From positions 672,001 to 736,000 of the forward strand of contig CBDCOZ010000003.1 in assembly GCA_965220085.1 (NCBI GenBank): 64,000 nt of DNA, written 5' to 3'. Position 1 is the first letter of the stretch; each line of letters opens with the position of its first letter. This DNA comes from Candidatus Oxydemutatoraceae bacterium. GTDB taxonomy: Bacteria; Pseudomonadota; Gammaproteobacteria; Poriferisulfidales; Oxydemutatoraceae. The position numbers were made by a program, and so were the translations under genes. A model generated the notes under the pieces. It was not told where the DNA came from. It saw only the letters and a list, made by a program, of their open reading frames with translations, and did no database searches. Below are positions 50,897-62,782 of the stretch, one piece after another.

Positions 50897-52297
50897 ATGC
50901 CGGTTATCCTTGCCACCGATGCGTTTTTCTTTCTGTTGATTGTTTTTGCGACCGTCTATGCCGTTCGCATCCGCAAACATCCGCATCTGGCCATCGCCTG
51001 GGGCAAATTGATGCGCAACCGGAGCGCGATGGTCGCAATGGTCTTCCTCGCGTTCTATTTTGTCGTTGCGGCGCTTGATTCTTTGCACTTCAAGCGACAG
51101 GCCGGCATCGCCGACAACGGCGCCCCCGTCTATTCCAATCAGGTGCACAGCGTGTTGGATGCCGCGCTGAATCATCTCAAACTGCGAACCGAAACAACCT
51201 ACTCGGAACCGCTGGCGACCCGCTCCTATGTCAAGGAGGCGCTGACATCCGAACAGGGGCGGTTGATTCGCGATTACCCGCGACTGCGATACGGCGGCCG
51301 GCACTTGAACGATTCGGGCGTTTCCAAGCGCGCCGACATAGCGCTGACGGTCGCCCGAGGGCTCTTGCTCGGCGCCGTTGCGATGTTATTTTTCTTTCTG
51401 CTGGCATGCGCATATGTCGCCCGCCGCCGACATATCGGGATTGCCGTTGTCGCGATGCGCATTGTGCGAGACAAAACGGACATTCCGTGGCGGGCGATTT
51501 TTCTCGCGTTGCTATTGTTGGCTCTGGTTATATCCGTCATTGCCGGCCTTGCCGTCAACTATCATGTGTTTGGCACCGATAAGATCGGCCAAGATATTCT
51601 CTATCAGGCGATGAAGAGCATCCGCACCGGATTTTTAATCGGCACGTTGACCACATTGATCATGCTGCCTTTTGCATTGATGCTGGGCATTTGCGCGGGG
51701 TATTTTCTGGGCCGGATAGATGACCTGATCCAATATCTTTATACGACGCTCAACTCTATCCCCGGCGTCTTGTTGATCGCCGCAATGGTGCTGATGTTGC
51801 ACCTTTATATGGATCAAAACCCCGACCGCTTCGGGGATATAGTGACCCGCGCGGATACCCGTCTGCTTTTTCTCTGCGCGATTCTGGGCATTACCAGTTG
51901 GACCGGTTTGTGCCGCTTGTTGCGGGCGGAAACGCTCAAGGTCAAAGAGATCGACTATGTCGAAGCCGCGCGCGCGCTGGGCGTGTCTCATCTGCGTGTG
52001 ATATGGAACCACATCACTCCCAACATCATGCATATCGTTTTCATCACCATCGCGCTTGATTTCAGCAGTCTGGTGCTGGCCGAAGTGGTTTTGTCTTATG
52101 TCAACATCGGTGTTGATCCGACCATGCACAGCTGGGGCAATATGATCAACAGCGCGCGACTGGAGTTGGCGCGGGAACCGATCGTGTGGTGGCCGCTGTT
52201 TGCGGCGATGATATTCATCTTTGTCTTCGTATTGTGCGCCAATTTGTTTGCCGACGGCGTACGCGACGCATTTGATCCGAAACTGGAACAAAGATAG
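50897..52297 (+). CDS. Peptide ABC transporter permease (OppC/DppC-like)
   Basis: FGTDKIGQD, YVEAARALG, DGVRDAFDPK. Confidence 0.9.
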   Translation: MPVILATDAFFFLLIVFATVYAVRIRKHPHLAIAWGKLMRNRSAMVAMVFLAFYFVVAALDSLHFKRQAGIADNGAPVYSNQVHSVLDAALNHLKLRTETTYSEPLATRSYVKEALTSEQGRLIRDYPRLRYGGRHLNDSGVSKRADIALTVARGLLLGAVAMLFFFLLACAYVARRRHIGIAVVAMRIVRDKTDIPWRAIFLALLLLALVISVIAGLAVNYHVFGTDKIGQDILYQAMKSIRTGFLIGTLTTLIMLPFALMLGICAGYFLGRIDDLIQYLYTTLNSIPGVLLIAAMVLMLHLYMDQNPDRFGDIVTRADTRLLFLCAILGITSWTGLCRLLRAETLKVKEIDYVEAARALGVSHLRVIWNHITPNIMHIVFITIALDFSSLVLAEVVLSYVNIGVDPTMHSWGNMINSARLELAREPIVWWPLFAAMIFIFVFVLCANLFADGVRDAFDPKLEQR

Positions 52298-52304
52298 GCC
52301 GTCT

Positions 52305-53963
52305 GTGAGCGCTTTGCTTGAAATAAAAGATCTGAGTGTCAGGGCGCGCGCCGGCGGCGCGCGCGATATGTTGCTTAACAATGTCAACTTGAGCGCGCAG
52401 GAAGGGCAAAGTTTTGCGCTGATAGGCGAGTCCGGTTCGGGCAAATCCATAACCGCTCTGTCTGTTGTGCGCTTGCTGCCGGATGGTTTGGATATCTGCG
52501 GCGGCAATGCGTACTTTCAAGGACAGAGTTTGTTTCAGCTGACAGAAGCGCAGATGCAAAGTGTCAGAGGCGGTTCCATAGGGTTTATATTTCAGGAGCC
52601 AATGACCTCTCTGAACCCGGTGATGACGGTCGGCGAACAGATTCTGGAAACGGTGTATAAACACCGCAGTATGCGCGGCGCGGCGGTGCGCGAATATGTT
52701 TTGAGCCTGTTGGATGATGTCGGCATCGCGGCGCCGAAAAGGGTGTTTGCTTCGTATCCGCACGAATTGTCCGGCGGCATGAAGCAACGGATTATCATCG
52801 CCATAGCGCTTGCCGGCGACCCGAAACTCTTGATTGCCGATGAGCCGACGACAGCGCTCGATGTGACCGTGCAAGCGCAGATTTTGCAGTTGCTGAAATC
52901 GCTGCAACAAAAATTCGGGATGACAATCCTGTTTATCTCCCACGATTTGGCGGTCGCCTCCGCGGTGGCCGATCACATTGCCGTCATGCAACACGGCGAG
53001 ATCGTTGAGCAATTGCCGAGCGAGAACTTTTTCCGCAATGCGCGTCATCAATACAGCCGGAAGTTGCTCAAAATGTTGCCGGATATCAGCAAGCGCGGCC
53101 GCGCTCTGAGCATAGAGCACAAAGTTTTTGAGCCGTCTTATGCGGCGGATGAAACCGTTGTCAAAGTGGATGATCTCAAAGTGCATTTTCCAATCAAGAA
53201 AGGCGTATTCAAACGCGCGACGGCCTTTGTCAAGGCGGTGGACGGCGTGTCGTTTTCGCTCAGGCGCGGCAAGACACTCGCGCTGGTAGGCGAATCCGGC
53301 AGCGGCAAGACGACGATTGCGCGAGCGCTTTTGCGCTTGATAGAACCGACTGCGGGGAATATATCTTTTTCAACCAACGGCGATAGCGCCGGCCGCAATG
53401 GCGATTTGGGCTGGAGCAAGTTCGCACACGCGACACAAATCGTTTTTCAGGATCCTTTTTTATCGTTAAACCCCAAGATGCCGGTCGGCGAAGCCATCGC
53501 CGAGGGGGTCAGGATTCGGTCTCCGAATGCAACCGAGGCGCGGGCACAAGAGAAAGTGGCGGAACTGTTGGAGCAGGTCGGTTTGTTGCCGGATTATGCG
53601 CGGCGTTACCCGCATCAATTTTCGGGCGGGCAGCGCCAACGCATTTGTATCGCCCGCGCGCTCTCGGTAGAGCCGGATTTTATTATCTGGGACGAGCCGA
53701 CCAGCGCATTGGATATATCCGTGCAGGCGCAGATTCTGGATTTGTTCCAGCAACTGCAGGCCGACCATGGGCTCGGTTATTTGCTGATCACACACGATAT
53801 CTCGGTTGTCGCATACATGGCCGATGAACTGGTTGTGATCAATCGCGGTCGCGTCGTTGAGCAAGGCGAAGTAGTGCGCCTTCTTGAAAAGCCCGACAAC
53901 GACTATACCCGCGAGTTGCTGGCGGCGGTGCCGTTAATACCCAAGCAAGGCCGATGGGTTTGA
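52305..53963 (+). CDS. Peptide ABC transporter ATP-binding protein, two fused NBDs
   Basis: GESGSGKS and GESGSGKT, LSGGMKQR and FSGGQRQR, DEPT twice. Confidence 0.92.
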   Translation: MSALLEIKDLSVRARAGGARDMLLNNVNLSAQEGQSFALIGESGSGKSITALSVVRLLPDGLDICGGNAYFQGQSLFQLTEAQMQSVRGGSIGFIFQEPMTSLNPVMTVGEQILETVYKHRSMRGAAVREYVLSLLDDVGIAAPKRVFASYPHELSGGMKQRIIIAIALAGDPKLLIADEPTTALDVTVQAQILQLLKSLQQKFGMTILFISHDLAVASAVADHIAVMQHGEIVEQLPSENFFRNARHQYSRKLLKMLPDISKRGRALSIEHKVFEPSYAADETVVKVDDLKVHFPIKKGVFKRATAFVKAVDGVSFSLRRGKTLALVGESGSGKTTIARALLRLIEPTAGNISFSTNGDSAGRNGDLGWSKFAHATQIVFQDPFLSLNPKMPVGEAIAEGVRIRSPNATEARAQEKVAELLEQVGLLPDYARRYPHQFSGGQRQRICIARALSVEPDFIIWDEPTSALDISVQAQILDLFQQLQADHGLGYLLITHDISVVAYMADELVVINRGRVVEQGEVVRLLEKPDNDYTRELLAAVPLIPKQGRWV

Positions 53964-54715
53964 CCTTCATGCCATTGCAAGTATCACAGCAACTGTCGCA
54001 GTGGTACGGCACCCCCAAGGGGCGGCAACTGTTGCAAGAGACGACCGCGGTAATCACCCCCTGGCTGTCGGAACTGACGGGGTATTATGCTGTCAAGCTG
54101 TCGTACTTTGATGATGGCGAGGACTGGGGCAAGGCCGGGCATATCCAATCGCAATTATCGGTCGCGCCCGTTGCTTCCGATAAGAGTCATGTGGCGAGCG
54201 ACTTCGCCATGTTGCCGTTTGATGCCGACAGCGTTGATCTGGTCATAGCGCACCATGTGTTTGAATTCGTTGACAACCCGCACGCCTTGTTGCGCGAGGC
54301 GCATCGCATACTGATTCCCGACGGGCAATGCATCATCATCTCGTTCAATCCGTTCGGAATATATGGCGCGATGAAACCGTTTAAGCGCAGAGCGACAATA
54401 CCGTGGCGCGGACATTTCTTTTCGTCGTATCGTATTCGCGATTGGCTGTCGGTGCTTGATTTTGAGGTCTGTCAGGCAAACTATTTCGCGCCGCCGTGTT
54501 TGCGCCTGGAGAAAAGTCACAGCCGTTTGAATTGGTTGCCGACGGCATGCCGTCGCTATCTCCCGATCAGCGGCGGATTGTTCGCGCTATCGGCGACCAA
54601 GCATGTTATGAGCCCGCTCATCAAAGACCTTGGCTGGCGCGCTCCGGCCGCTATCCCAAGCGGCAGAATAGCGCCTCCGACGACTTCGCAACCCTGTCAA
54701 TGCCGCGAGCGATGA
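53954..54715 (+). CDS. Class I SAM-dependent methyltransferase (YafS-like)
   Basis: LPFDADSVDLVIAHH, LREAHRILIPDG; upstream of rnhA. Confidence 0.8.
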   Translation: MGLTFMPLQVSQQLSQWYGTPKGRQLLQETTAVITPWLSELTGYYAVKLSYFDDGEDWGKAGHIQSQLSVAPVASDKSHVASDFAMLPFDADSVDLVIAHHVFEFVDNPHALLREAHRILIPDGQCIIISFNPFGIYGAMKPFKRRATIPWRGHFFSSYRIRDWLSVLDFEVCQANYFAPPCLRLEKSHSRLNWLPTACRRYLPISGGLFALSATKHVMSPLIKDLGWRAPAAIPSGRIAPPTTSQPCQCRER

Positions 54716-55188
54716 GCGATTCGCGTCTTAAAATATATACCGACGGCGCCTGTAGCGGCAATCCCGGCCCCGGCGGTTGGGCGGCGCTGCTGGTTTGGGA
54801 CGGGCGCCATAAAGCGGTCGCCGGGGCATCGCCGGATACCACCAACAACCGCATGGAATTGATGGCGGCGATTGGCGGCTTATCGGCGGTGAAGAAAAAA
54901 TGCCCTATTTGTTTGACGACCGACTCCACGTATTTGCGCGATGGGATCACACAGTGGTTGCCCAAGTGGAAGCGCAACGGGTGGCAAACGGCGCAGCGCA
55001 AAGCCGTGCGCAACAAAGATTTGTGGGAGCGTTTGGATGCGCTCGTCGCGCAGTTTGACATACAGTGGGAGTGGGTCAAAGGACACAGCGGTCATCGCTA
55101 CAACGATATGGTTGACGAATTGGCGCGACAGGCGATTAACGGGGCCTCGCCTTTGAATGATTCGGACTCGGACAAACCGGGAGTGTGA
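54712..55188 (+). CDS. rnhA: Ribonuclease HI
   Basis: YTDGACSGNPGPGGW, TTNNRMELMAAI, WVKGHSG. Confidence 0.96.
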   Translation: MSDSRLKIYTDGACSGNPGPGGWAALLVWDGRHKAVAGASPDTTNNRMELMAAIGGLSAVKKKCPICLTTDSTYLRDGITQWLPKWKRNGWQTAQRKAVRNKDLWERLDALVAQFDIQWEWVKGHSGHRYNDMVDELARQAINGASPLNDSDSDKPGV

Positions 55189-55190
55189 CT

Positions 55191-55853
55191 ATGCGACAGA
55201 TTGTAATGGATGCCGAAACAACCGGGCTGGAGGTCAAGGAAGGCAATAGAATCGTTGAAATTGCTTGTATTGAACTGGTCAGCCGCAGTCTGGGCAATCA
55301 GTTTCATCGCTTGATCAACCCGCAACGCAAGAGCGAAGCCGGCGCGCTGAAAGTGCACGGCCTGAGCGATGAAAAGTTGAAAAAGCAACCGCTGTTCCAT
55401 GAGATATGGGATGAGTTGCGCGAATTCGTCAAGGACGCCGAGGTGATAATCCACAACGCGCCTTTTGATCTCTCCTTTCTTGATGCCGAGTTGGAGCGCA
55501 TGGGACGCGGCGGTTTTCTGGAAGAAACAAACTGCACCGCCTTTGACACTTTGGATCTTGCGCGCGCGCTCCACCCCGGAGCGGGGCATAGTTTGGATAT
55601 GCTGAGCGACCGCTACGGAATCGATCGGTCGCAGCGCGCCGAGTACCATAGCGCGATAGTCGATACCGAGCTTTTGGCCAGAGTCTATTTTGCAATGACA
55701 AGCGGTCAGGCAACGATGGCTTTTGCCGCCGAGAGCGGCGCGGATGACACAGATATTGAAATAAGCCTCGATGGCGAAGGCTTGCCGGTTATCCGGGCGG
55801 ATGCGGATGAGCGCCGCAAACACGATGATTTTATGAAGCAGGCTGCGAAATAA
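55191..55853 (+). CDS. dnaQ: DNA polymerase III epsilon subunit
   Basis: DAETTG, HNAPFD, HSAIVD, AMTSGQ. Confidence 0.94.
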   Translation: MRQIVMDAETTGLEVKEGNRIVEIACIELVSRSLGNQFHRLINPQRKSEAGALKVHGLSDEKLKKQPLFHEIWDELREFVKDAEVIIHNAPFDLSFLDAELERMGRGGFLEETNCTAFDTLDLARALHPGAGHSLDMLSDRYGIDRSQRAEYHSAIVDTELLARVYFAMTSGQATMAFAAESGADDTDIEISLDGEGLPVIRADADERRKHDDFMKQAAK

Positions 55854-55975
55854 CTGCCGTTTCTTATAGGAAATTTCCGAACTGGCGGGAATTCTATGCG
55901 GATAGCATATATACCTGTTATTATGGTAAGACTTAACTATTTAATTTATATTTGTAGCAATGAGAGGAGTACAAA

Positions 55976-56236
55976 ATGAAGAAATATAAAGTTATATGCA
56001 TATCCGCACTCGCTTCCGTCTTGTTATTCGGATGCGGCGGCGAACCGGAAGGCATGTGGGAAGCGACCGTTACCTCATCGCAAAACGGCAAAGAGGAAGC
56101 GGTCGGTCAGTATATGAGCCGTGACGAATGCCAGCATGCCGGTTTGATGCACATTGCGGGTGACAAGGAGCAAGCGCACAAGCGAATGGAGAGAAACAAA
56201 ATGGCGGTGAGTTGCTCTTTTGTTCCGGCTAGTTAG
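55976..56236 (+). CDS. Small hypothetical lipoprotein
   Basis: GAGGAG RBS, lipobox LLFGC, Cys pair. Confidence 0.7.
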   Translation: MKKYKVICISALASVLLFGCGGEPEGMWEATVTSSQNGKEEAVGQYMSRDECQHAGLMHIAGDKEQAHKRMERNKMAVSCSFVPAS

Positions 56237-57110
56237 CATATCCGGACCTCTTCCGTATGACAGTTGCAATGGCCGAGGAATCAAACTCGCCATTGCCTTC
56301 TGCCACGAGTTGTCGCATGTGCCTAAGCGCGCGCTTTGCCCCCGGCAAATCAAGTTGCATTTCGTCGGCAAGGGTATCGACGATACGCAAATCTTTCAGG
56401 TGCAGACGCGCCTTGAATCCGGGGGCGAAGTCCTGATTGAGGATTCTCGCGCCGTGTATTTCAAGGACTTTGCTGCCGGCAAACCCTCCGAGCAGGGCTT
56501 GTTGCACGAGTTTGGCATCCGCCCCCGCGGCTTGCGCGAGGATCAGCATCTCCGCGGTTGCCGCGATGGTCTGCGCAACCAGCAGTTGGTTGCAGGCTTT
56601 GGCAACTTGCCCGGCGCCGTGCCCTCCGATGCGGACGATATTGCTTCCCATCGCTTTCAGTATCGGCAAAGCCCGATGAAAGATCGCTTCGTCGCCGCCG
56701 ACCATAACGGAGAGCGCGCCGTCGATAGCCCCTTGCTCGCCGCCTGAGACAGGCGCATCCAATGCGTGAACTTTGTTCTCGGCAAGCCGTTGCGCAATCG
56801 TTTTGCTGAGCGCGGGGGCAATGGTGCTCATGTCAATGACGACGCTATCCGCGGCAGCCCCGAAGATGATGCCATCGTCTCCCAGAGTGACTGCTTCGAC
56901 GTCCGGGGTATCGGACAACATCGTTATGCAAAAATCCGCGGCGGCCGCGGCGGCGGCCGGGCTGTCGCAGACGGTCACCGCCGAGGATTCAAAGTCGGCG
57001 AGCGTCTGCGCCCGTCGGGCGTAAACCGATAGCCGGTATCCCGCTTTCAACAGGTTTGCGGCCATCGGTTTCCCCATGATTCCAAGACCGATAAATGCGA
57101 TTTTTTTCAT
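56229..57110 (-). CDS. 2-hydroxy-3-oxopropionate reductase / beta-hydroxyacid dehydrogenase family
   Basis: FIGLGIMGKPMA, DAPVSGG, GQVAKACNQ, FAPGFKARLHLKDL. Confidence 0.88.
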   Translation of the reverse strand: MKKIAFIGLGIMGKPMAANLLKAGYRLSVYARRAQTLADFESSAVTVCDSPAAAAAAADFCITMLSDTPDVEAVTLGDDGIIFGAAADSVVIDMSTIAPALSKTIAQRLAENKVHALDAPVSGGEQGAIDGALSVMVGGDEAIFHRALPILKAMGSNIVRIGGHGAGQVAKACNQLLVAQTIAATAEMLILAQAAGADAKLVQQALLGGFAGSKVLEIHGARILNQDFAPGFKARLHLKDLRIVDTLADEMQLDLPGAKRALRHMRQLVAEGNGEFDSSAIATVIRKRSGYAN

Positions 57111-57144
57111 TGCGGTAAAATAGCCGTTCCCAATCGTTTGTCCG

Positions 57145-58194
57145 ATGAAAGCATATTTTAACGAATTACCCGGTTTGCTGAAAAAAGGTCTTGCGCCTTT
57201 TTATCTGATTTCCGGCGAAGAGCCTCTGCAGCGCATGGAAGCGACCGATATGATACGCGCGGCGGCGGACAGAGCGGGCTACCGCAACCGCGAGTTTTTC
57301 TTTGTCGAAGGGGACTTTGACTGGAATACGCTCACGCTGTCGTCCGGCAATGTGTCGCTGTTCGGCGGCAAGCAGTTTCTGGATATTCGCTTGCAGACCA
57401 ATAAGCTCGGCAGCGCCGGCGCGGCATTCCTGCAGTCGGTTTTGGACACCCCGTGTGATGACCGGCTGTTTTTAGTGCAAGCGGACAAAGCGGACGGACG
57501 TTTGGCATGGGTAAAGAAGGCAGCGAAAGCGGGGGTCTGGGTGCAAGTGTATCAAAAGAATATGCGCGATATGAAAGCCTGGCTTGGCGAGCGCGCCCTG
57601 CGCGCCGGTTTGACCGCGGAGGACGGGGTGATTCACTTCATCGCGCAGTATTCCGAAGGCAATATGCTTGCCGCGGCACAGGAGGTGGACAAGCTCGGAC
57701 TATCGGTCAAGGACAAAAGTCGGGCAATCCGGTTGCAAGATGTCGAGCAGGCGATCACCAATAGCGCGCACTATACCGTTTGGGATCTTGCCGATGCGGT
57801 GGCTGTCGGCGATGCGCATCGCGCGGTGCGGATACTGTGCGGTTTGGAAACCGACAACGCGCCGCTGCCGTTGGTAATCTGGGCATTGGCCGATCAATTC
57901 CGCAAAATGGCGGCGATGCAGCAACAGATTGCAGAAGGCGCTTCGCCGGAGAGCGCGCTGCGATCGGTTTGGAAAAGCCGCCAGCCTGTTTTGCGCAAAG
58001 CGCTCGCCAGAAAACTGCGCCCCGGCTGGTGGAATGAAATGTTACACGGTTGCTATCAGGTGGACAAAGCGATCAAGGGGCACGGGCAAGACGAAAGTTG
58101 GAATGAGTTATTGCGGATTGTTATGCGGGGGGTCGGCATTGCGCCGTTGCGCAAGCCCAAGACCGCGCTGATGATTCCGGCAGCGGCGCGTTGA
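57145..58194 (+). CDS. holA: DNA polymerase III delta subunit
   Basis: YLISGEEPL, SLFG, EGNMLAAAQEVDKL. Confidence 0.9.
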   Translation: MKAYFNELPGLLKKGLAPFYLISGEEPLQRMEATDMIRAAADRAGYRNREFFFVEGDFDWNTLTLSSGNVSLFGGKQFLDIRLQTNKLGSAGAAFLQSVLDTPCDDRLFLVQADKADGRLAWVKKAAKAGVWVQVYQKNMRDMKAWLGERALRAGLTAEDGVIHFIAQYSEGNMLAAAQEVDKLGLSVKDKSRAIRLQDVEQAITNSAHYTVWDLADAVAVGDAHRAVRILCGLETDNAPLPLVIWALADQFRKMAAMQQQIAEGASPESALRSVWKSRQPVLRKALARKLRPGWWNEMLHGCYQVDKAIKGHGQDESWNELLRIVMRGVGIAPLRKPKTALMIPAAAR

Positions 58195-58203
58195 TGGCGG
58201 GGC

Positions 58204-61200
58204 ATGCGGATTCTCTATAGCAGCTCCCCTGTGTCCGGCGCGCAGAAGCTGCGCGCGTTTGAGGCGCTCAGGCAAATTCACCCGGCGGCGGAGGACTTGC
58301 GACTGCGCAAGGTTTATATCCTGGAGATCGATTCCCCGCCGGATGCGGAGGAAGAACGCCGCATCCGCGATCTGTTGCGCGCGCGGCGGCATGACGATAC
58401 CGCGGCGGAGAGTCCGCCGAATCTTTCTTTTTATGTCATGCCGCGTCGCGGCGCTATTTCATCCTGGTCCAGCAAGGCGACCGATATTTTTCACATCTGC
58501 GGTTTGCGCAAGGTGTCGCGAGTCGAGTGCGCCGACCATTATCGTATTGCCTGCCGCAGCGCGCCGCCGCCCGCTGTCATTGACAAGATGATGGGTTCGC
58601 TTTGCGATCGCATGACCGAAGAAGCGCATCGTCATCTGCCGCCGGATATTTTTGCGCATATTGCCACTCGCAAGTTGCGGGTTTTTGCGCTCGACGACAA
58701 CACGGAGGAGCGGTTGTTTGCGCTAAACCGCGAACAAGGCCTGGCGATGACCGAGGCCGAGATCAAACTGCTGGCGGACTACTATCAAAAAAGCGACAAA
58801 CAACCGACCGATGCCGAGTTGATGATGTTTGCGCAAGTGAATTCGGAACATTGCAGGCACAAACTGTTTAACGCCAAATGGACGGTCGATGGCATTCCCC
58901 AAGACCGGACTTTGTTTGAGATGATTCGCCGCACCAGCGCGCGCGCGCCCGCCGGCATATTGTCGGCCTATGATGACAATGCGGCGGTGTTGCAAGGCGC
59001 GGCGGATGCGCGTCATTTCGGGGTCAATCCGCATAATCGGCGCTACGCATACTCGGGCGAGGAGCTCAGTCTCTCGATCAAGGTCGAAACCCACAACCAT
59101 CCGACGGCGATCTCTCCGGCGCCCGGAGCCGCAACCGGATCAGGCGGCGAAATTCGCGACGAAGCGGCCACCGGGCGCGGCGGGCGCTCCAGAATGGGAC
59201 TCATCGGTTTCTGCGTATCCGACCTTGAGATTCCCGCCCATCGGCAAGCGTGGGAAAAAGCGATTTCCCGCCCGCGACATATCGCTTCGCCGTTACAGAT
59301 TATGCTCGATGCGCCGCTCGGCGCGTCGCGCTTTAACAATGAATTTGGGCGTCCCGCCGTCGCCGGTTATTTCAGAACCTTTGAGCAGGTTCAAAACGAA
59401 GCGCACTGGGGTTATCACAAGCCCATCATGCTGGCCGGAGGGCTCGGTGAGTTGTACAAATCCCATATCAACAAAAAGACCTTCCCGGCGGGCGCCGCGC
59501 TGGCGGTGTTCGGCGGCCCGTCCATGCTCATCGGTCTTGGCGGAGGCGCCGCTTCGTCTATGACCGGCGGCGCGGGTTCGCAAGAATTGGATTTTGCATC
59601 GGTACAGCGCGACAACGCGGAGATGCAACGGCGCTGTCAGGAAGTGATCGAGAGTTGTGTCGCTTGCGGCAAGGACAATCCGATTCTCTCGATTCACGAT
59701 GTCGGAGCGGGAGGCCTGTGCAATGCGCTGCCGGAACTCGTCCGCGATGCGGGCGCAGGCGCGGTGTTTGAGCTCGGGAAGATTCCCAGCGCCGACAGCG
59801 GCTTGTCGCCGATGGAACGCTGGTGCAACGAATCGCAAGAGCGCTATGTCGCGGCGATAGATGCGCGGCATCTGGACGCCTTTCTCGGCTTTTGCCGGCG
59901 CGAGCGATGCCCGGCAGCGGTTGTCGGCCGCGCTACCGAAGATCAGCGCATCGTGCTCGCCGACGCCGATGCAGAGCGACACCCGGTCGATATGCCTATG
60001 GATGTCCTGTTCGGCTATTTGCCGCCGGCGCGCCGCGATGTCAAACGGCAGCGGAGGCCGGTGTGTGAGAGCGCGATACCGGGCGAGGGCGCGTTGGACG
60101 AGGCGGTACGGCGCGTTTTGAATCTGCCGGCAGTCGCGTCAAAGTCTTTTCTGATTACGATCGGCGATCGCAGTGTCGGCGGTCTGGTTGCGCGCGATCA
60201 GATGGTAGGGCCGTGGCAAGCGCCGGTCGCCGATGTGGCGGTGAGCGCGGCCGGTTATCAGACATACAGCGGCGAGGCGATGGCGGTCGGCGAGCGCCCC
60301 CCGGTCGCTTTAATCGATGCGTCGGCATCCGCGCGTCTGGCTGTCAGCGAGGCGATCTTGAATATCCTCGCCGCCGATGTCGCGTCTTTGGGCGATATCA
60401 AGTTATCCGCTAACTGGATGGTCGCAGCCGATGAGCCGGGGCAATCGCTCGCCTTGTTTGATGCGGTGAAAGCGGTGGCCGGCGAGTTGTGTCCGGCATT
60501 GGGGATTGCGATTCCGGTCGGCAAAGATTCGGTTTCTATGCGGATGGGTTGGAGCGAAGCGGACGGCGACAGAAAAGTGGTCGCGCCGTTATCGTTGGTC
60601 GTGTCGGCTTTCTCCCCGGTCGGCGATGTGCGAAAGACTCTGACCCCGCAACTAACCGTCGACCGTGATGCGGAAAGTAATACTCCTAATCTGTTTTTTA
60701 TAGATTTGACCGCCGCCGGCAATCATCTGGGCGGTTCGTCTTTGGCACAGGTATTTGATGCGCAAGATTCCGCCGCGCCCGATCTCAAAGACGCCGAGAG
60801 TTTGCTCGGATTTGCGCGCTTATTGCGCGCGTTGCGCGAATGCGACGGCGTTCTCGCCTACCACGATCGTTCCGACGGCGGATTGTTCGTGTGTCTTGCG
60901 GAAATGGCTTTTGCCGGACATTGCGGCATCGATTGCGATTTCAGCGCGTACGGAGACGAGTTGCTGCGCGTGCTGTTCTGCGAAGGGCCGGGCGCTGTCG
61001 TACAACTGAGCCGCGAAGCGATACCCCGGCTGTCGGAGTTGGCCGCACAGTACGGCGCGGATGTAAAACCGCTCGGGGCAGTGACCGCCGAGCGGAATGT
61101 CGTCATGCGTTTCCGCGACCGACGGCGGTCGTGGCCGACGATGCGGCTCAAGGAATGGTGGTCGCAGACATCCTTGCAAATTCGCCTCTTGCGGGACAAT

Positions 61201-62073
61201 CCGCAATGCGCCAAAGCAGAAGCGGAATGCGATTGTGATGCCGATAATCCGGGGCTTTCAAGCAGATTGAGTTTTGACCCTGCGCGGGTCATGATTGCAA
61301 CCGGCGCGCGTCCGAAATTTGCCATCTTGCGCGAGCAAGGCATAAACGGTCAAGCGGAAATGGCGGCGGCGTTTGAGCGCGCCGGTTTTGAAGCGTATGA
61401 CGCGCACACCGGCGACTTGCTTGCCGGCAACGTCAATATCAACGCATTTGACGGCTTTGCGGCCTGCGGCGGGTTTTCTTACGGGGATGTATTGGGCGCC
61501 GGCGTCGGTTGGGCGAGTTCAATCCTGCTTCACAGCATGGTTCGGGAGCAGTTTGAAGAATTTTTTATGCGCCCCGACACGCTGGCTCTCGGCGTCTGTA
61601 ACGGTTGTCAGATGATGGCGCATCTGCGCGAGATTATTCCCGGCAGCGAACGCTGGCCGCGGTTTGAACCGAATCTGTCGGGCAGGTTTGAAAGCCGTCT
61701 GACCGGCGTTGAAATCACACCCTCGCCATCGGTCTTTTTGGCCGGGATGGAAGGTTCGCACATCCCGATCGCGGTCGCCCACGGCGAAGGCCGCGCTGTT
61801 TTTGATAGCGCAAAAGATGCGGCGATGAGCGAACAGGTCTGCATGCGCTATATTGATAATCATGGCCGCAGCAACCCGTGCTATCCGTATAACCCGAACG
61901 GCAGTGCGGAAGGCATCACCGGCGTGTGCAACGCGAACGGTCGGGTGACGATCATGATGCCGCACCCCGAGCGGGTGTTTAGAAGCGTGCAGTTTTCCTG
62001 GTGTCCGCCCGAATGGGAAGGCGACAGCCCGTGGATGAAAATGTTTGGGAATGCGCGTAGTTGGTTTGATTGA
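58204..62073 (+). CDS. purL: Phosphoribosylformylglycinamidine synthase (large type)
   Basis: [39 protein letters not shown]. Confidence 0.97.
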   Translation: MRILYSSSPVSGAQKLRAFEALRQIHPAAEDLRLRKVYILEIDSPPDAEEERRIRDLLRARRHDDTAAESPPNLSFYVMPRRGAISSWSSKATDIFHICGLRKVSRVECADHYRIACRSAPPPAVIDKMMGSLCDRMTEEAHRHLPPDIFAHIATRKLRVFALDDNTEERLFALNREQGLAMTEAEIKLLADYYQKSDKQPTDAELMMFAQVNSEHCRHKLFNAKWTVDGIPQDRTLFEMIRRTSARAPAGILSAYDDNAAVLQGAADARHFGVNPHNRRYAYSGEELSLSIKVETHNHPTAISPAPGAATGSGGEIRDEAATGRGGRSRMGLIGFCVSDLEIPAHRQAWEKAISRPRHIASPLQIMLDAPLGASRFNNEFGRPAVAGYFRTFEQVQNEAHWGYHKPIMLAGGLGELYKSHINKKTFPAGAALAVFGGPSMLIGLGGGAASSMTGGAGSQELDFASVQRDNAEMQRRCQEVIESCVACGKDNPILSIHDVGAGGLCNALPELVRDAGAGAVFELGKIPSADSGLSPMERWCNESQERYVAAIDARHLDAFLGFCRRERCPAAVVGRATEDQRIVLADADAERHPVDMPMDVLFGYLPPARRDVKRQRRPVCESAIPGEGALDEAVRRVLNLPAVASKSFLITIGDRSVGGLVARDQMVGPWQAPVADVAVSAAGYQTYSGEAMAVGERPPVALIDASASARLAVSEAILNILAADVASLGDIKLSANWMVAADEPGQSLALFDAVKAVAGELCPALGIAIPVGKDSVSMRMGWSEADGDRKVVAPLSLVVSAFSPVGDVRKTLTPQLTVDRDAESNTPNLFFIDLTAAGNHLGGSSLAQVFDAQDSAAPDLKDAESLLGFARLLRALRECDGVLAYHDRSDGGLFVCLAEMAFAGHCGIDCDFSAYGDELLRVLFCEGPGAVVQLSREAIPRLSELAAQYGADVKPLGAVTAERNVVMRFRDRRRSWPTMRLKEWWSQTSLQIRLLRDNPQCAKAEAECDCDADNPGLSSRLSFDPARVMIATGARPKFAILREQGINGQAEMAAAFERAGFEAYDAHTGDLLAGNVNINAFDGFAACGGFSYGDVLGAGVGWASSILLHSMVREQFEEFFMRPDTLALGVCNGCQMMAHLREIIPGSERWPRFEPNLSGRFESRLTGVEITPSPSVFLAGMEGSHIPIAVAHGEGRAVFDSAKDAAMSEQVCMRYIDNHGRSNPCYPYNPNGSAEGITGVCNANGRVTIMMPHPERVFRSVQFSWCPPEWEGDSPWMKMFGNARSWFD

Positions 62074-62156
62074 GATGCCCTATAATACGGGCGCTCCGAA
62101 CGGCCGCTGCTGATTGGCTGCCGGGGCAAGCGCGCACTTTAATTTAAGCAATAGTT

Positions 62157-62741
62157 ATGCCGACCAGAATCCTTGTTCACGCCTTGTGCCTGCTGCCTAT
62201 GATATGGCTGCTCGCCTTGGCATACCGCTCCGGTCTCGGCGCCAATCCGATCGAATACATCACGCGCTACAGCGGCGATTGGACATTGCGCATGCTTTTG
62301 ATCACGCTGACATTCAGGCCTGTCGCGCACATCTTGCGGCGGCCGTTTTTGTTACGCTATCGTCGCGCGGCAGGCCTGTATACTTTTGCCTATGCTTTCA
62401 GCCACTTCACAACCTATCTGTGGCTCGATCAATTCTTTGATTGGTTGTCTATCGTTGAGGATATCGCCGAACGGCCTTTCATACTCGCCGGGTTTACTTC
62501 TTTCGTTCTGATGATACCGCTTGCGCTGACATCCAACGATTGGTCCGTACGGTTGCTACAGAACCGCTGGAAAACACTGCATCGTCTGGTTTATCTGATA
62601 GCGATCGTGGGGCTCGTCCATTATTGGTGGCTGGTGCGGGCCGACTTTTTGAAAGCGTCGGTCTACCTCGTCATGTTGACGATCTTACTCGGCTACAGGG
62701 CATATTTTTCGGTCTTCGTGCGGGAAATTCTCAAGCGGTGA
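62157..62741 (+). CDS. msrQ: Protein-methionine-sulfoxide reductase heme-binding subunit
   Basis: LGANPIE, RRAAGLY, PLALTS, WKTLHRLVY, HYWW. Confidence 0.88.
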   Translation: MPTRILVHALCLLPMIWLLALAYRSGLGANPIEYITRYSGDWTLRMLLITLTFRPVAHILRRPFLLRYRRAAGLYTFAYAFSHFTTYLWLDQFFDWLSIVEDIAERPFILAGFTSFVLMIPLALTSNDWSVRLLQNRWKTLHRLVYLIAIVGLVHYWWLVRADFLKASVYLVMLTILLGYRAYFSVFVREILKR

Positions 62742-62782
62742 TAAACGGCTTCCCCTATTTTGCGGTGTCCTCGCTTATACCC

